A stretch of 64,000 nucleotides of DNA from Octopus bimaculoides (lineage: Eukaryota): the NCBI RefSeq assembly GCF_001194135.2, contig NC_068993.1, positions 17,469,794-17,533,793 of the forward strand, read 5' to 3'. Below the pieces are notes generated by a model, which ran no database searches, was not told the DNA's origin, and was given only the letters and a program-made list of their open reading frames with translations. Position 1 is the first letter of the stretch. Every line of letters begins with the position of its first letter. Of this stretch, positions 12,350 through 25,149 are shown piece after piece. Made by a program: the position numbers and the translations under genes.

Positions 12350-14290
12350 AAGGGTTATTAATGATATGAAGTTTGAAGGCAGATAAAGCAGCTGGATAGC
12401 CAGAAGTTGTTGAGGCAGTCAAGCCATCTGGAAAAGTAGGGCATGCAATCATCACTTATTTAGTCAATCAGGTAATAAAAGGATGTATCACCTCAGTGAC
12501 TGGTGTAGTAGTATCTTTGTCAAATGCTACAAGAACAAAGTAAGAAGCAACTACAGAGGTATCAAATTGATGGATATGAAGTTATGAAGGTTAAAGAAAG
12601 TTATAGCAGCAGCTAATTAAGAAAACAAAAATTAGCTTAGCTAAGATGCAGGTCAAGTTTATGTAAAGACAAAGAACTATCAACCTTAGTGAGGCAACCA
12701 TTAACCTTAGTGAGGCAACTACAAAAGAAGTTATTAATTTAAGAGCGATATTCTATAGCTAGAATTCATTGATCTGGAGAAGGCCTTTAACAGAGTTCCA
12801 TATTCTGTAGTCTGGTAGCTGCTAAGAAAATTGGGTGTAGGTGAATGATTTGTCAAAGCAATGCAGTTATGTACAGAGTGCTGCCAGCAAAGTGAGTGTC
12901 AACAATGATTTCAGTAAGGAATTAAACATACAGGTAGGTGTCCCTCATGGTTCATTTCTCAGACCTGATAATAATAGTTTCCCAAACCATAACAGAGGAG
13001 TTCAAGACTGACAGCAGGAAATCTTATATGCTGAAAACCTTGTTTGCAATAGCAGAATCAGTCAAAGAATTAGAGGTAAAGTTCCAAAAGATCTAAAAGT
13101 ATGTCATAGTTATAAGGAAAGAAGGAAAGAAGGTAGGATTCTATTGTCTTTTGAGAAATAGTTGCACTTAATATGCAGGTAGGAATAGGAATTTATTTAG
13201 TGTAAACTATGGATGCAAAAGAGGTGCTGTGGGATGCTAAGCAAGCTGACAGAAAACTCTGTATATAGTAAATACAAAAGAATATTTAGCAATTAGAACA
13301 TCCATAAAATAAATGTTTTCAAATGTCCAGAAAACCCACTAGAAGTTCTTGATAGCTTATTTACCTGAGTGACTTAGCCAACAGTGAGGATTAGTGTCTT
13401 GAAAGTATAGTAACCAGAGGAAGAACGGGGTGGAAAATATTCTATTTCCCTGTGTTATCTCTCTCTGTGATGGCTTATAACTCAGTGGTTAGAGCGTCAG
13501 ACTTACAATTGTGTGGTTGTGAGTTTGATGCCCAGATTGGGCTGTGTGTTGTGTTCTTGTGCAAGACACTTTATTTCATGTTGCTCCAGTTCACTCAGCT
13601 GTAGAAATGAGGTGTGATGTTACTGGTACCAAACTGTATTGGCCTTTGCCTTCTCTTGGACAACATCAATGGCATGGAAAGAGGAGGTTGGTATGCATGG
13701 GTGACTGCTGCTCTTTCACAAACAACCTTGCTTGGACTTGTGCCTTGAAGGAGAACTTTCTAGGTGCAACTCTATGGTCATTCATGACTGAAGAGGTTTT
13801 TTTATTATTATCTGTTAGCAAAAACGAAATTCTGAGTGAGGAGCAGGTTGTGTACAAAGTATGATATTGAAAAGTAGTGAAACAAAGAAATTGAATGTGG
13901 AGAGTGTCCAAAGATTGGAGAGAAAATGAGGCAAACATGTTTTTCGCTAAATGTGTAATGTGCATGAGTGATGGTGCACAAATGAGATGTGAGAAAAACT
14001 GGACATAAGAGGAATCAGATGTGGTGTTTCAGAATAGTTCAGCCATGTGTTGCATATGTTGGATGATAGTTGGTAAAGAAGTGTAACGCAATCTAAGTGG
14101 AAGGAACCAAGAGTAAAGAAGGACTAAGGAAGATATGGGAAAAAGTGGTGAAAGTTGATTTTAGGCAGCTGCTCCTAATGAAGGGCATGACAAAGGACCA
14201 TGATGAGTGATAAATTGTGCTGGAGAAGACCTGTCCTATCAATGCAAGTATGGGAAAATAAAGGTAAGTAATGATGATGATGATGATCAT
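12350..14290 (+). mobile_element. Decayed RTE-clade LINE (RT to 3' end) interrupted by a SINE
   Basis: Frameshifted RT motifs NYRGIKL (~12555), FIDLEKAF.RVP (~12765), QVGV.HGS and LLYA.NL; later EV.DSF.YL and C-terminal pieces; (GAT)n tail at ~14270-14290. Confidence 0.75.
13467..13810 (+). mobile_element. tRNA-derived SINE (head E, tail 1) nested in the RTE LINE
   Basis: tRNA-like head (tcagtggttagagcgtcagact...gagtttgatgccc) followed by gtgttcttgtgcaagacacttt..ctccagttcactcagctg; RTE sequence resumes at ~13820. Confidence 0.7.
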
Positions 14291-14407
14291 CAATTAATGC
14301 CGATTGTCCATACTGGCATGGGTTGGATTTATTTGACCAAAGCTGGCAAACTGGAGAGCTGCACCAGGATCCAGTCTGATTTGGCATGGTTTCTATGGTT
14401 GGATATC

Positions 14408-15230
14408 CTAGGTGCAGACTTAGCTGTGTGGTAAGAAATTTGCTTCCCAACCACATGGTTTCAGGTTCAGCCCCACTGTGTGGCACCCTGGGTCAACCAA
14501 AGCCTTGTGAGTGGATTTAGTAAATGGAAACTGAAAGAAACCTGTTGTATATATATACATATATACATCAGGCATGTGCCATCAGTAATTACTCAGGGTA
14601 GGCAGTTGGCGACCTTTGTGTAGTAAAACATGCAAAAAAAAAAAAAGCGAAATACAGGCATGTGACTGAGTTGAAGCCAGATTTACTTCTGCCTTTATAC
14701 ATTGTAAAGAAAATGTTGTTGTAGGAGTGTACACAACATGTATACTACAGCATCACTATGTGTAGCTTAAATACTGAGATTGAAAAGCAGGGGTGAATTA
14801 TGCCTACCTAATCTACAAAAGAATAAAATATTTTGTATTTTATGCATAGTAATCAGAGTTACCTTCATAATTTTATTGCATTAGGTACATATTTTGCCAT
14901 AAAAGAAAAATGTTGCTATTGATCTATTTTATTCAAGGTAGGTACTGCCTACCCTGCCTACCTAGGTGGCATTTCCCTGGTATATATGTATGTATATATA
15001 TATATATATATTATAAATGTATGTGTGTGTCTATGTCTGTGTTTGTCCTCCACCACTGCTTGGTGTGTTTATGTCCCCCTTAATGTAGCTGTTCGGCAAA
15101 AAGATTGGCTAAGTACTAAACTTACAAAAAGAATAAGTACTAGGGTTGATTAGTTTGACTAAAATTCTTGAAGGTGGTGCCCCAGCATGGGCGCAGTCTT
15201 GTGACTGAAACAAGTAAAAGATAAAAGATT
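14408..15230 (+). mobile_element. SINE family A split by a hAT-like MITE
   Basis: Family A head at 14408-14560 and tail at 14985-15230 flank the insert. Confidence 0.65.
14569..14979. mobile_element. hAT-like MITE
   Basis: Termini CAGGCATGTGCCA / TGGCATTTCCCTG with subterminal GGGTAGGCAG motifs; 8-bp flanks atatacat/gtatatat match 6/8. Confidence 0.5.
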
Positions 15231-18200
15231 GTTGTTGTTTAAACCTAGGACAGTTTTACTCAAGCAAAACTATGAGTAAAAACAATCCAGCCATGACCAT
15301 CCCATCGATTTGCTTCACATATTATATATGTAGGACTCAGTTATAAGTTAATAAGGTTTGAAGGAAATTTGCTATTTATACAGAAACCCTGCAGAGATTT
15401 ATCATCGACACATTATGGGACTTTTGTAATTTTTTTGGTCGTGCTCCCATGGTAGTTCATCAATGGATCATACACACACACACACACGCACACACATACG
15501 CACACACACAGAATGATGGCAGCTAATATGCCAAAACATTGAAGTAACTGTCACCCGTCTTCTTATAAAAGTTTAATAAACCTATACACTACTAAAAAGT
15601 ATTGAGTGCTTCAGCTTAATGTTAAATTGTTTTTATATATAATTTGACATAAAAAGCAAACATTATCACACACACACATACAAATATGTAATCATATATA
15701 TGTATGTATATGTAAGTATATATATATATATGTGTGTGTGTATGTAAGTATATATACATATTTATATATATATATATATACACATGTTTATATATGTATA
15801 TATATGTATATGTATAAATATATACACANNNNNNNNNNNNNNNNNNNNNNNNNNNNNNNNNNNNNNNNNNNNNNNNNNNNNNNNNNNNNNNNNNNNNNNN
15901 NNNNNNNNNNNNNNNNNNNNNGTGTGTAAATATAAATTTTTCCAATAATCCTGAGATGTTTATAAGCACTAGTGTTTAGCTTAACTCTTTGGTATTAAAT
16001 AGATAAAAGACCAGATGACAGTCTATTGTAGATAACATCTAGCATTCAACATTAAAAAATAAATTATACTTCTCAAATACACAGTGAAAACACTCACATG
16101 TTGTAGAAACACATTTTGGTAGATTCAAACTTAGAGCTCCACACGAAATAGACTAATACTTTAGACATCCAGCTAGTTTGTTTCTATATTATTGACATTA
16201 TAGTACCTCTCTCTATCTGCTGGCTGAATTGTTGGCTCATCAGATGAAATACTTTGTTGCATTTCTTTTGACTTTTTACATTCTGAGTTCAAATTCCACT
16301 GAAGTTGACTTTGCCTTTCATCCTTCCATGGTTGATAAAATAAAATACCAATCAAGATTGGAGTTGATGTAATTGACTTTCCCTCTCTTCTCAAAATTGC
16401 TGGCACTGTGCCAAAATTAGATAGAGTTATTGTTTTCAATGTTAGAAATGGTTTGGAAGAATCACATATACACAGATAACTGTATTAAGCATTTATGTTT
16501 TAGCATGTTGGGGATATCATAAAAGGACTTAATATGTATTTATTTAAAGTTTGCCTATACCAATTATGCTAGAATTGAAATGGCTGAGTGCATGTGGTAT
16601 TAGACTGCTTATTTTGGGTGTGTGAGTTCAAATCTACTATAGGTGTTTTACTTTTTCCATTTTTTTTTTGAGCAGATCAATTTATTCTTCAATAATTCAT
16701 TTATTCTTTAGCTAAGACAAGTTAACCAGAGGAGTAAGAGGATATGTAAGATCTTTACAGTTCCTTCAGACTGGTGATATTGATATATTTCAAATATCCA
16801 ACATAAATATTTACAGCAAACATAGGTGTGGTTTGGTTTGAATACTTGTAAGAAAGTAAACTCTGTTTAAGTCACAAGATGTCCAGGTGTTGGTGCTATA
16901 CTTTGTTAATAATTGGCACCAGATCATCTGTGAATGTAACAGACTTGTTCCTTATCCATAGTGAGATTTATCTGTTTATCCTTCATTTGCTTAATAAAGT
17001 AATGAAACCAGAGCTAAACTTTCAAAAAAGAAAAGATAAAAGTGGGATTAAAAGTAATTAATGTATAATTCAAATAATCTTGAAGCCTTAGCTGAATATT
17101 GTTGTTTCAGTATTTTTCTTCACTATTTCACTTTGCCAAGTGTATGTGATTTACCTATCTATTACTTTCATCATTTTCATCGTCATCACCACCACCACCA
17201 TGATCTCCATCATTATCATCACTATCACCTCCACCATTTAATGTCCATTTGCTATGCTAGCATGGGTTGGATGGTTTGATGGGATCTGGTGTTGCAGAGC
17301 CATGTTGAGTTCCAGCATTAGCTATAACATGGTTTCTATAGCTGGATACCGTTCCTAGCGCAATGACATTTAACAGAATGGTTTCAGTGAGATCGCCAAG
17401 TAACTTGCAACACAAGGAAATGAAAAGAAGAAAGAAAAAGGAAAAAGAGATGGAGAAGAATTCATGACCTTTTTTGGGGTGGGGAAGATCTGGGACTGGT
17501 GTCATTAAAGGAGGAAGTTCTTCTCATTTGAACAAAAGAGGTGATGTTATATTGACCTTTCCCTTTTAATAAATCATCCTGTAGCTCTGTTCAAAGATAT
17601 CAAATATGGGAATAAGGAAACCACTTGCTAGAAAAACAAGTAAGGGTTAGCAACAGGAAAGGCATCCAACTATACAGTAATGCTTCAATATAAACAAGTC
17701 TTCATCCAATCCATGTTAGGATGGAAAAATAATAGGAAGTAGATTGAACGACCAAATTCTATACAGTGTGATTCAGAAATCCCTTTGTTGTATAAAATAT
17801 AAACAGGATTAAAATGCTAAAAGGATATATATATATCTTTTTCCTTCCTCTTCTTTTACTACTACTTCTGTCTACTTACTTCACAACTAATTTTCATTCT
17901 CATTATTCCACCTAACAAAGGAACACCTTGCATACTGTCAACTTTTTCCTTGTAAAAATAGATAAATATGTATTATACTAAAAAGTATTGAGTGATCCTT
18001 CAGTTTAATGTTAAATTGTTTTAACACACATAATGTTTTTGTATTCAAATATAAAATAAGAGCAGCACTAGTGTAATAAACATTATCAACCACACATACT
18101 TAATGACAAACACACAAAGCATATATGCTAAGTATCTGTGGTCGATAATATTTATATATGTGTATGTGTGTGTGTGTGTCTCTTTCTCTTTCTTCCTATA

Positions 18201-18447
18201 CTATCATGATATATCTAACCAAATCTTTTTTTTTCTTATAATCAGATCTCAACAGCTGGATGAAAACCTTGGAGGAGTTTTACATAAGATGAAGTAACCA
18301 TAATACTATTGGTTACAATGTTCAGAACCAAGATACACGGAAGTATATAACTTGTAGCACCTATTTGACCAATGCAAATTTTGGGAAAAATGAACTTAAA
18401 ACTTATGATGTTCATCCTCTCATTATGAGCAGATACTGTAAAATTCA

Positions 18448-18645
18448 ATGTCTTCTGGTGCTGAAAATTTGAAATCTGCTCCTGCAACAGTAGAATCAAA
18501 GCCTCAGAAACCATCTGAAAGTGAGTGTTGTGGAAGTGGATGCAAAATATGTGTTTTCGATATCTATGAACAAAGGTTAAAAGCTTGGGAAAAGGAACAA
18601 CAACGATATAGACTGTCTTCAGAGATCCACAATGTAGAAACTTTG
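18448..18645 (+). CDS. CYB5RL: NADH-cytochrome b5 reductase-like, first coding exon (oxidoreductase-like N-terminal domain)
   Basis: MSSGAENLKSAPATVESKPQKPSESECCGSGCKICVFDIYEQRLKAWEKEQ... matches the P..P....CCGSGC..CVFD.Y...L..W signature. In-frame TAA 9 nt upstream of the ATG; GT donor at 18646 (TTG|GTAAAT), phase 0. Confidence 0.9.
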
Positions 18646-19057
18646 GTAAATATTTTAATATTTTATTTGATTTCTCTGTTGGTCAGTTTGTGTTTGTTGT
18701 GCTCGTTGTAACTCTTCTCCGTTTCCACTCTGAATTTACATCGTTTGAGTTTAGCTCTGCAATGTCAACAAAACTGTCATCAATTACGTTTTTTGTCAGC
18801 TACAGATGTAAGCTGCATCTCATTCTCTCTCTTTCTCTGGTGTGTTTTTGGTGTTTTATTATTTTTAAACTTCATTCTTTATATAAACCGTGGGATTATC
18901 ACTACTGAAATGCTTTTCATCATAGTTTTCTTTATCTTCCCTTCAAATCATACCTTACTGTCATAAATTAGGAAAAGATGCATTGAAGTATTGTATATAT
19001 ATATGTGTGTGTGTAGTGTGTATGTATATATATCAGCATCATCATTTGATGATGATG

Positions 19058-19099
<42 letters not shown>

Positions 19100-19143
19100 C
19101 ATACATACATACATACATGCAAACACACACACATATATGTATA

Positions 19144-19630
19144 TTTTGTTGTGTCTAGGGAGAGTCATTATGCCATTATTATTAACACATGTGCTGGTTC
19201 AATTCCACTACATGAACTTTATCATTAGTCAATTGGTTAAATATCCAACTAACTAATCAATTGTGTGTTTAATTTGGTTAAACAGTAAGTGGTTTTTTTT
19301 TTTTTTTTTTTTTTTTTTTTGAATCTGGTTTGCAAGATTCTTTATAGGAATTCTTGTGTTGGAACAAATTTTGTTGTGTCTGGAGAGAGTCAACAAATAA
19401 TCGATCAGTTTGTTGAATTTTTAACCATTTGACTATTCAACTAACTAATCGATTGTTTCTTTAATTTGTTTAAACAGTAGGTCATTTGTTTTGTTTTTGT
19501 TTGACTAATAATAAAGGAGTGGAACTGAACCAGTGCATGTGTTAATAATATTCGCATATTGACTCTCTCCAGACACAAAAAAATTTGTTTCAACACACGA
19601 ATTCACAAAGAATCTTGAAAACCTGATACA
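19144..19630. repeat. Composite inverted/direct-repeat element (overlapping MITE copies)
   Basis: 19144-19235 and 19321-19393 both pair with 19500-19630; an internal direct repeat (caactaactaatc.attgt...) occurs at ~19247 and ~19437. Confidence 0.6.
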
Positions 19631-19747
19631 AAAATGAAATATATGTATATGTATGTATGTATATATATGTGTATGTATGTATATATATGTATATATATGT
19701 ATATGTATGTATATATATGTATATGTATGTATATATATATATACATA

Positions 19748-19788
<41 letters not shown>

Positions 19789-20053
19789 TTAATTTGTGGT
19801 ATAAGATATGGATTCAGAAAACTATGTGGCTCTCACAGAAAGCTCTTCTAACGGATTTGGCTATCATTCCTCATGATAATCCAATACAGAGAAGTGTAAT
19901 GCAGAGTTTCTTCTGAATTATTTGCTCCATATTGAAATTATATATATTTAGAAGGTTGTTTGTTATGACCAGTCACATGGCGACAGTAACAAACAATCTT
20001 CTAAATATTACTACTCTGTTTTAGAGTGTGCTTCTTTTTCATATTTATGAGAG

Positions 20054-20084
<31 letters not shown>

Positions 20085-20879
20085 CGTGCATGTGAGTGTG
20101 TGTGTGTGTGGATGTATTTGTGTGCCCGCATGTGTGTGTGTATTTATGTTTGTATATGTGTGTGTTAATATGTATTTGTGTGTCCTGCCATAAAAACAAT
20201 GTCTTTTGTTTCCAGTCCTGTGGGAAATTCATGTCTGGCCACAGGGAAATATTACCTTGTTTGGAAAGAGGTGAGGGTTGGCAACAGGTAGAGCAGTCAG
20301 CAGTATAAAATCATCCTCAACAAATTCCATCTGATCCATACAAAGTTGAAGAGACATTAAAAGGATGAGGATATATTTTTATTAAATTTTATTGAAAGAC
20401 ACATTATCTGGTGGATCCCCAGAAATTTTTTCATGAAACCTTGGGATTCCACTTTGAGAAACATTGCTGTGAGGCATATTTGTGTTGTGAACATTTACTT
20501 GTGAGTAAATAAAAATAAACAAATATTAAAATTAAAGAACATTTATGAATTTTCATGTCAATATAAGGAATGTAGACAAAGTTAATTATCCATTCAGATG
20601 CATATCTTCATTAATGATATTTTTAATCAAACAATCTAAAATATGGATTAGTTGGTAATGCAGGTATGTTTGGAGATCATTTTGTGATTAAAAGAAGTTA
20701 ACAAAATCAGAGGGAAAATAATATTTCATTATATTATTTTGTTTTAAATTGTTGTCAGTTCTTACATATTTAATCAAGATGTATTAGACATAAACATTCA
20801 GACATTTGACTAAAATTACTTTTCCTCACCTCATATTTATTTCCAGTTAATGTTTTAAATGCTCCCATCATTCCATCCA

Positions 20880-21250
20880 TCCATCTTCTCCACCCACAGT
20901 TCCTGGGAGGGTCATAAGGACAGGGTTCTCAGGCACCATCTCCAAAGGGTCCTATCAGAAACAATCATCGTTACACTTTCTGGCTGTATTCCTGCGCATG
21001 AGCAACTGAGACCAGTTGTTATTACCCAAACATCTCATTCTTGGTCAACCTCTTGATTTCCTACCAGTCGTAGTTGGTTTGGCTTGAAGAATCTGTCTTG
21101 TGATTCTTTCTTGTGAAATTCTACTCGTATATCTGTAGTACCAGACCTGTGACCTCTCAATATGGAGAAGTAGTGGTTTGACCTGGAGAGACTCTCCAAT
21201 CCCCAAGCCATGCACCCTGCCAAGTAACAATACTCCAGAAACCCTTCAGA
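20880..21250 (-). mobile_element. LINE ORF2 C-terminal fragment (RTE-like)
   Basis: Minus-strand ESLQVKPLLLHIERSQVWYYRYTSRISQERITRQILQAKPTTTGRKSRG*PR; same family on + at 36080-36330. Confidence 0.7.
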
Positions 21251-21382
21251 GCGACCCCATTTTGGCCTTTTGTATTTGCAATTGTATTCTTTTCATCATT
21301 ACCCAATATTCACAATCAAAGGTGCTCTCTACCTTAATTATGGTAAATTTCTTATTGTCTTTTATGTGTGTAGTGTCTTTAA

Positions 21383-21598
21383 CTCCTTAGTTTATTCAAA
21401 TCAGCCGTGTCAGGCCCAAATATTCTACCTGTTTTATGTTCAAACTGGTAAGATCAGGCCTTTCACACCTATCTTATAATATTATTCTAAAAATATACCA
21501 TCACTTCATTGAAATCACAAAACTACAAAATAAAGTATGATAAATTCAAAACAATGTGAATGAATAAGCGTTACATATGTAATCTAAATGTTAAAAGG
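21383..21598 (-). mobile_element. piggyBac-like MITE (TTAA target)
   Basis: TTAA at 21379-82 and 21599-602 with short imperfect TIRs; homologous to 40944-41398 and 56627-57175. Confidence 0.6.
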
Positions 21599-21957
21599 TT
21601 AAATTACTGCATTGCTAAACAATAATTTAATTTCCAAAGCCAACAATTGTACAATCTTGTATGTTTGCTTAGCCAGGCTTTCATCACTAATTCAACAAGT
21701 ACAATAAATTATACTTTACATTGATGAGGTCTAAATAATATCAAAACATATCCAAAGATATAGAGATCTCTCTAGAACTTGCCAGAAGAAAGAAAATGAT
21801 ATTATTCAGCAATAAATATCGTCCTTCACCACTTCATTTTGTATTTATTTTTAGTTATCACTTTAATTTAATATTATTATATAAAAAAACTTTAATCAAC
21901 ATATATTGTCTGAAAGTTAAATCAATTTAATAAAGCAGATGCCTGTTTCACTCTCAC

Positions 21958-22012
<55 letters not shown>

Positions 22013-22540
22013 NNNNNNNNNNNNNNNNNNNNNNNNNNNNNNNNNNNNNNNNNNNNNNNNNNNNNNNNNNNNNNNNNNNNNNNNNNNNNNNNNNNNNNNN
22101 NNNNNNNNNNNNNNNNNNNNNNNNNNNNNNNNNNNNNNNNNNNNNNNNNNNNNNNNNNNNNNNNNNNNNNNNNNNNNNNNNNNNNNNNNNNNNNNNNNNN
22201 NNNNNNNNNNNNNNNNNNNNNNNNNNNNNNNNNNNNNNNNNNNNNNNNNNNNNNNNNNNNNNNNNNNNNNNNNNNNNNNNNNNNNNNNNNNNNNNNNNNN
22301 NNNNNNNNNNNNNNNNNNNNNNNNNNNNNNNNNNNNNNNNNNNNNNNNNNNNNNNNNNNNNNNNNNNNNNNNNNNNNNNNNNNNNNNNNNNNNNNNNNNN
22401 NNNNNNNNNNNNNNNNNNNNNNNNNNNNNNNNNNNNNNNNNNNNNNNNNNNNNNNNNNNNNNNNNNNNNNNNNNNNNNNNNNNNNNNNNNNNNNNNNNNN
22501 NNNNNNNNNNNNNNNNNNNNNNNNNNNNNNNATATATATA

Positions 22541-22816
22541 TATTATCAGAAAATTACAGTATTATATATCCATCACAACTGATCTTACCAATTGGTTTCA
22601 CACAATGAATACAATTGAGTGTTAGGTAACAATCTGATTATATAACCTTACACTCATCAGAGTTAGCTGATGTGGAAGGGACACATCGGCTAACTCTGAT
22701 GAGTATAATGTTATATAATTAGATTGTTACTTAATACTCCATTATATTCCTTGTGCGAAACTAAATGGTAAGATCAGCCATGATGGATATTATATTACTG
22801 TAATTTTCTGATAATA
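22541..22816. repeat. Foldback palindrome, ~134-bp arms, 7-nt loop
   Basis: 22541-22674 pairs with 22682-22816 (tattatcagaaaattacagta...gagttagctgatgtg / cacatcggctaactc...tactgtaattttctgataata), about 85-90% complementary by eye. Confidence 0.8.
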
Positions 22817-22942
22817 TACCCACTCTAATGATAGATATATAAGTGCATCTTTTCCTTGACTTATGGTCTCTTAGACAATTCATGTGCATATATATGTGTG
22901 TGTGTGTGTGTATATATATGTGTATATATATATATGTATATA

Positions 22943-22997
<55 letters not shown>

Positions 22998-23424
22998 NNN
23001 NNNNNNNNNNNNNNNNNNNNNNNNNNNNNNNNNNNNNNNNNNNNNNNNNNNNNNNNNNNNNNNNNNNNNNNNNNNNNNNNNNNNNNNNNNNNNNNNNNNN
23101 NNNNNNNNNNNNNNNNNNNNNNNNNNNNNNNNNNNNNNNNNNNNNNNNNNNNNNNNNNNNNNNNNNNNNNNNNNNNNNNNNNNNNNNNNNNNNNNNNNNN
23201 NNNNNNNNNNNNNNNNNNNNNNNNNNNNNNNNNNNNNNNNNNNNNNNNNNNNNNNNNNNNNNNNNNNNNNNNNNNNNNNNNNNNNNNNNNNNNNNNNNNN
23301 NNNNNNNNNNNNNNNNNNNNNNNNNNNNNNNNNNNNNNNNNNNNNNNNNNNNNNNNNNNNNNNNNNNNNNNNNNNNNNNNNNNNNNNNNNNNNNNNNNNN
23401 NNNNNNNNNNNNNNNNNATACATA

Positions 23425-24574
23425 GAGGGGTTGGACAAAATAATGGAAACACATAATAGCATCATAATTTTGAAATATCTATAAAACTCAAAAGCTTGTT
23501 TATTTTTATGTTTTTTTATTTATTATTAGTGCTACTTAATATGTTTTGCTAAAATTGCTGTTTTTTCCAGATATCATCAGATAAGGATAATTAAAATTCA
23601 TTAAAATTGCAGATCTATCAGACTTTCAAAGAAGTCAAATTGTTGGTGCTTGTATGGCAGGTGCTAGCATAACGAAAACAGCTGAAATGTTTGGTGTATC
23701 AAGAAATAGTCTTGAAAGTGATGACAACCTTTCAGAAAGAGGGAAAAACCTCTTCATCAAAACAAAACTCTGGAAGAAAACCAAAATTTTCAGATAGGGA
23801 CTGTCAGACTCTTACATGAATTGTTAGAAAGGATCACAAAAATACAGCTCCCAAAATTACCGCAGAGCTTAATGACCACCTCAAGAACACAGTTTCCATA
23901 GAAACTGCTCACCAGGAGCTGCACAAAGCTGGATTTCATGGGAGGACTGCAATCAGAAAACCACCACTTTCAAAAACAAACATTGCAAAGTGTTTAGAGT
24001 GGATTAAAAACCTACAGAATTGATCCCTAGAACAGTGAAAGAATGTTATTTTCTTGGACATGTTATCCTTTACCTCATTTCCGACCACTGGCCGAGTGTA
24101 TATGTGGAGACAGCCGAAAGAAGCATTTGATCCAGACTGCCTTCTTCCAACTGTTAAATATGGAGGAGGATCTGTGATGATCTGAGGGACTATATCCTGG
24201 AAATCTGCCAGCCCAATGGTTTCCCTTCATGGCAGATTTAATAGTCAAGACTATTTAAGCATTTTGTCTGATCAAATTCATCCTATGGTTGTGGAACTGT
24301 TTCTGGAGGGCAATGCAATCTTTCAGGATGATAATTCACCAATTCACACAGCTAAAGTTGTTACTGAATGGAGTAAGGAGTCGATATCCTCCACCGTCAT
24401 CACTAGAAGAACTGGAGACTGTCTTAGCTGAAGAATGGACAAAAATTCCTTTGGAAACAATTCAAACTTTGTATGAGTCCATACCTCGTAGAATTCAAGC
24501 TGTAATTACTGCTAAAGGCGGTCCTACCCCATATTGAAATAAATTTGTGTTTCCATTATTTTGTCCAACCCCTG
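23425..24574 (+). mobile_element. Tc1-family DNA transposon, defective
   Basis: 28-bp TIRs (aggggttggacaaaataatggaaacac) with TA flanks. Decayed transposase 23606-24537 (DLSDFQRSQIVG, PTVKYGGGSVM, FQDDNSPIHTAK, PRRIQAVITAKGGPTPY*), with a mutated start and internal stops. Confidence 0.9.
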
Positions 24575-24863
24575 TATATATATTCGTGTATATACAATCA
24601 GATTCAAGATTCAAAAGAGATTGGTGTTGGTCTCTGCACCAGCAAAACTTGTATTAATTAGTAAAATCAACAAAAAAGTGTACCATGAACTTACTGTGGG
24701 GAGAGGGAAAAACCCAATGTTTCAATTCCTGAAGTAAAATTTGTGAAGTAAAATTTGTGAAGTAAAATTATGTAGCAACACCAAATGGCGGTGCCCCAGC
24801 ATGGCCACAGCTCATGAGCTGAAACTAGATAAAATGAAAATGAAAAATGAAAATATATATATA

Positions 24864-24971
24864 TGAGGCGGGTGCTGAAAAGTTCCTGAATTTGAGAGGA
24901 GAACATGTTGAATAATATCATAATTAACTGATCCTCCTGTATTTTCTCTTCTCCAAAGCCAGGAACTTTAC
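24864..24971. mobile_element. Short mariner-type MITE running into a gap
   Basis: gaggcgggtgctgaaaagttcctg ... aaagccaggaacttt inverted termini. Confidence 0.45.
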
Positions 24972-25149
24972 NNNNNNNNNNNNNNNNNNNNNNNNNNNNN
25001 NNNNNNNNNNNNNNNNNNNNNNNNNNNNNNNNNNNNNNNNNNNNNNNNNNNNNNNNNNNNNNNNNNNNNNNNNNNNNNNNNNNNNNNNNNNNNNNNNNNN
25101 NNNNNNNNNNNNNNNNNNNNNNNNNTATATATATATATATATATATATC

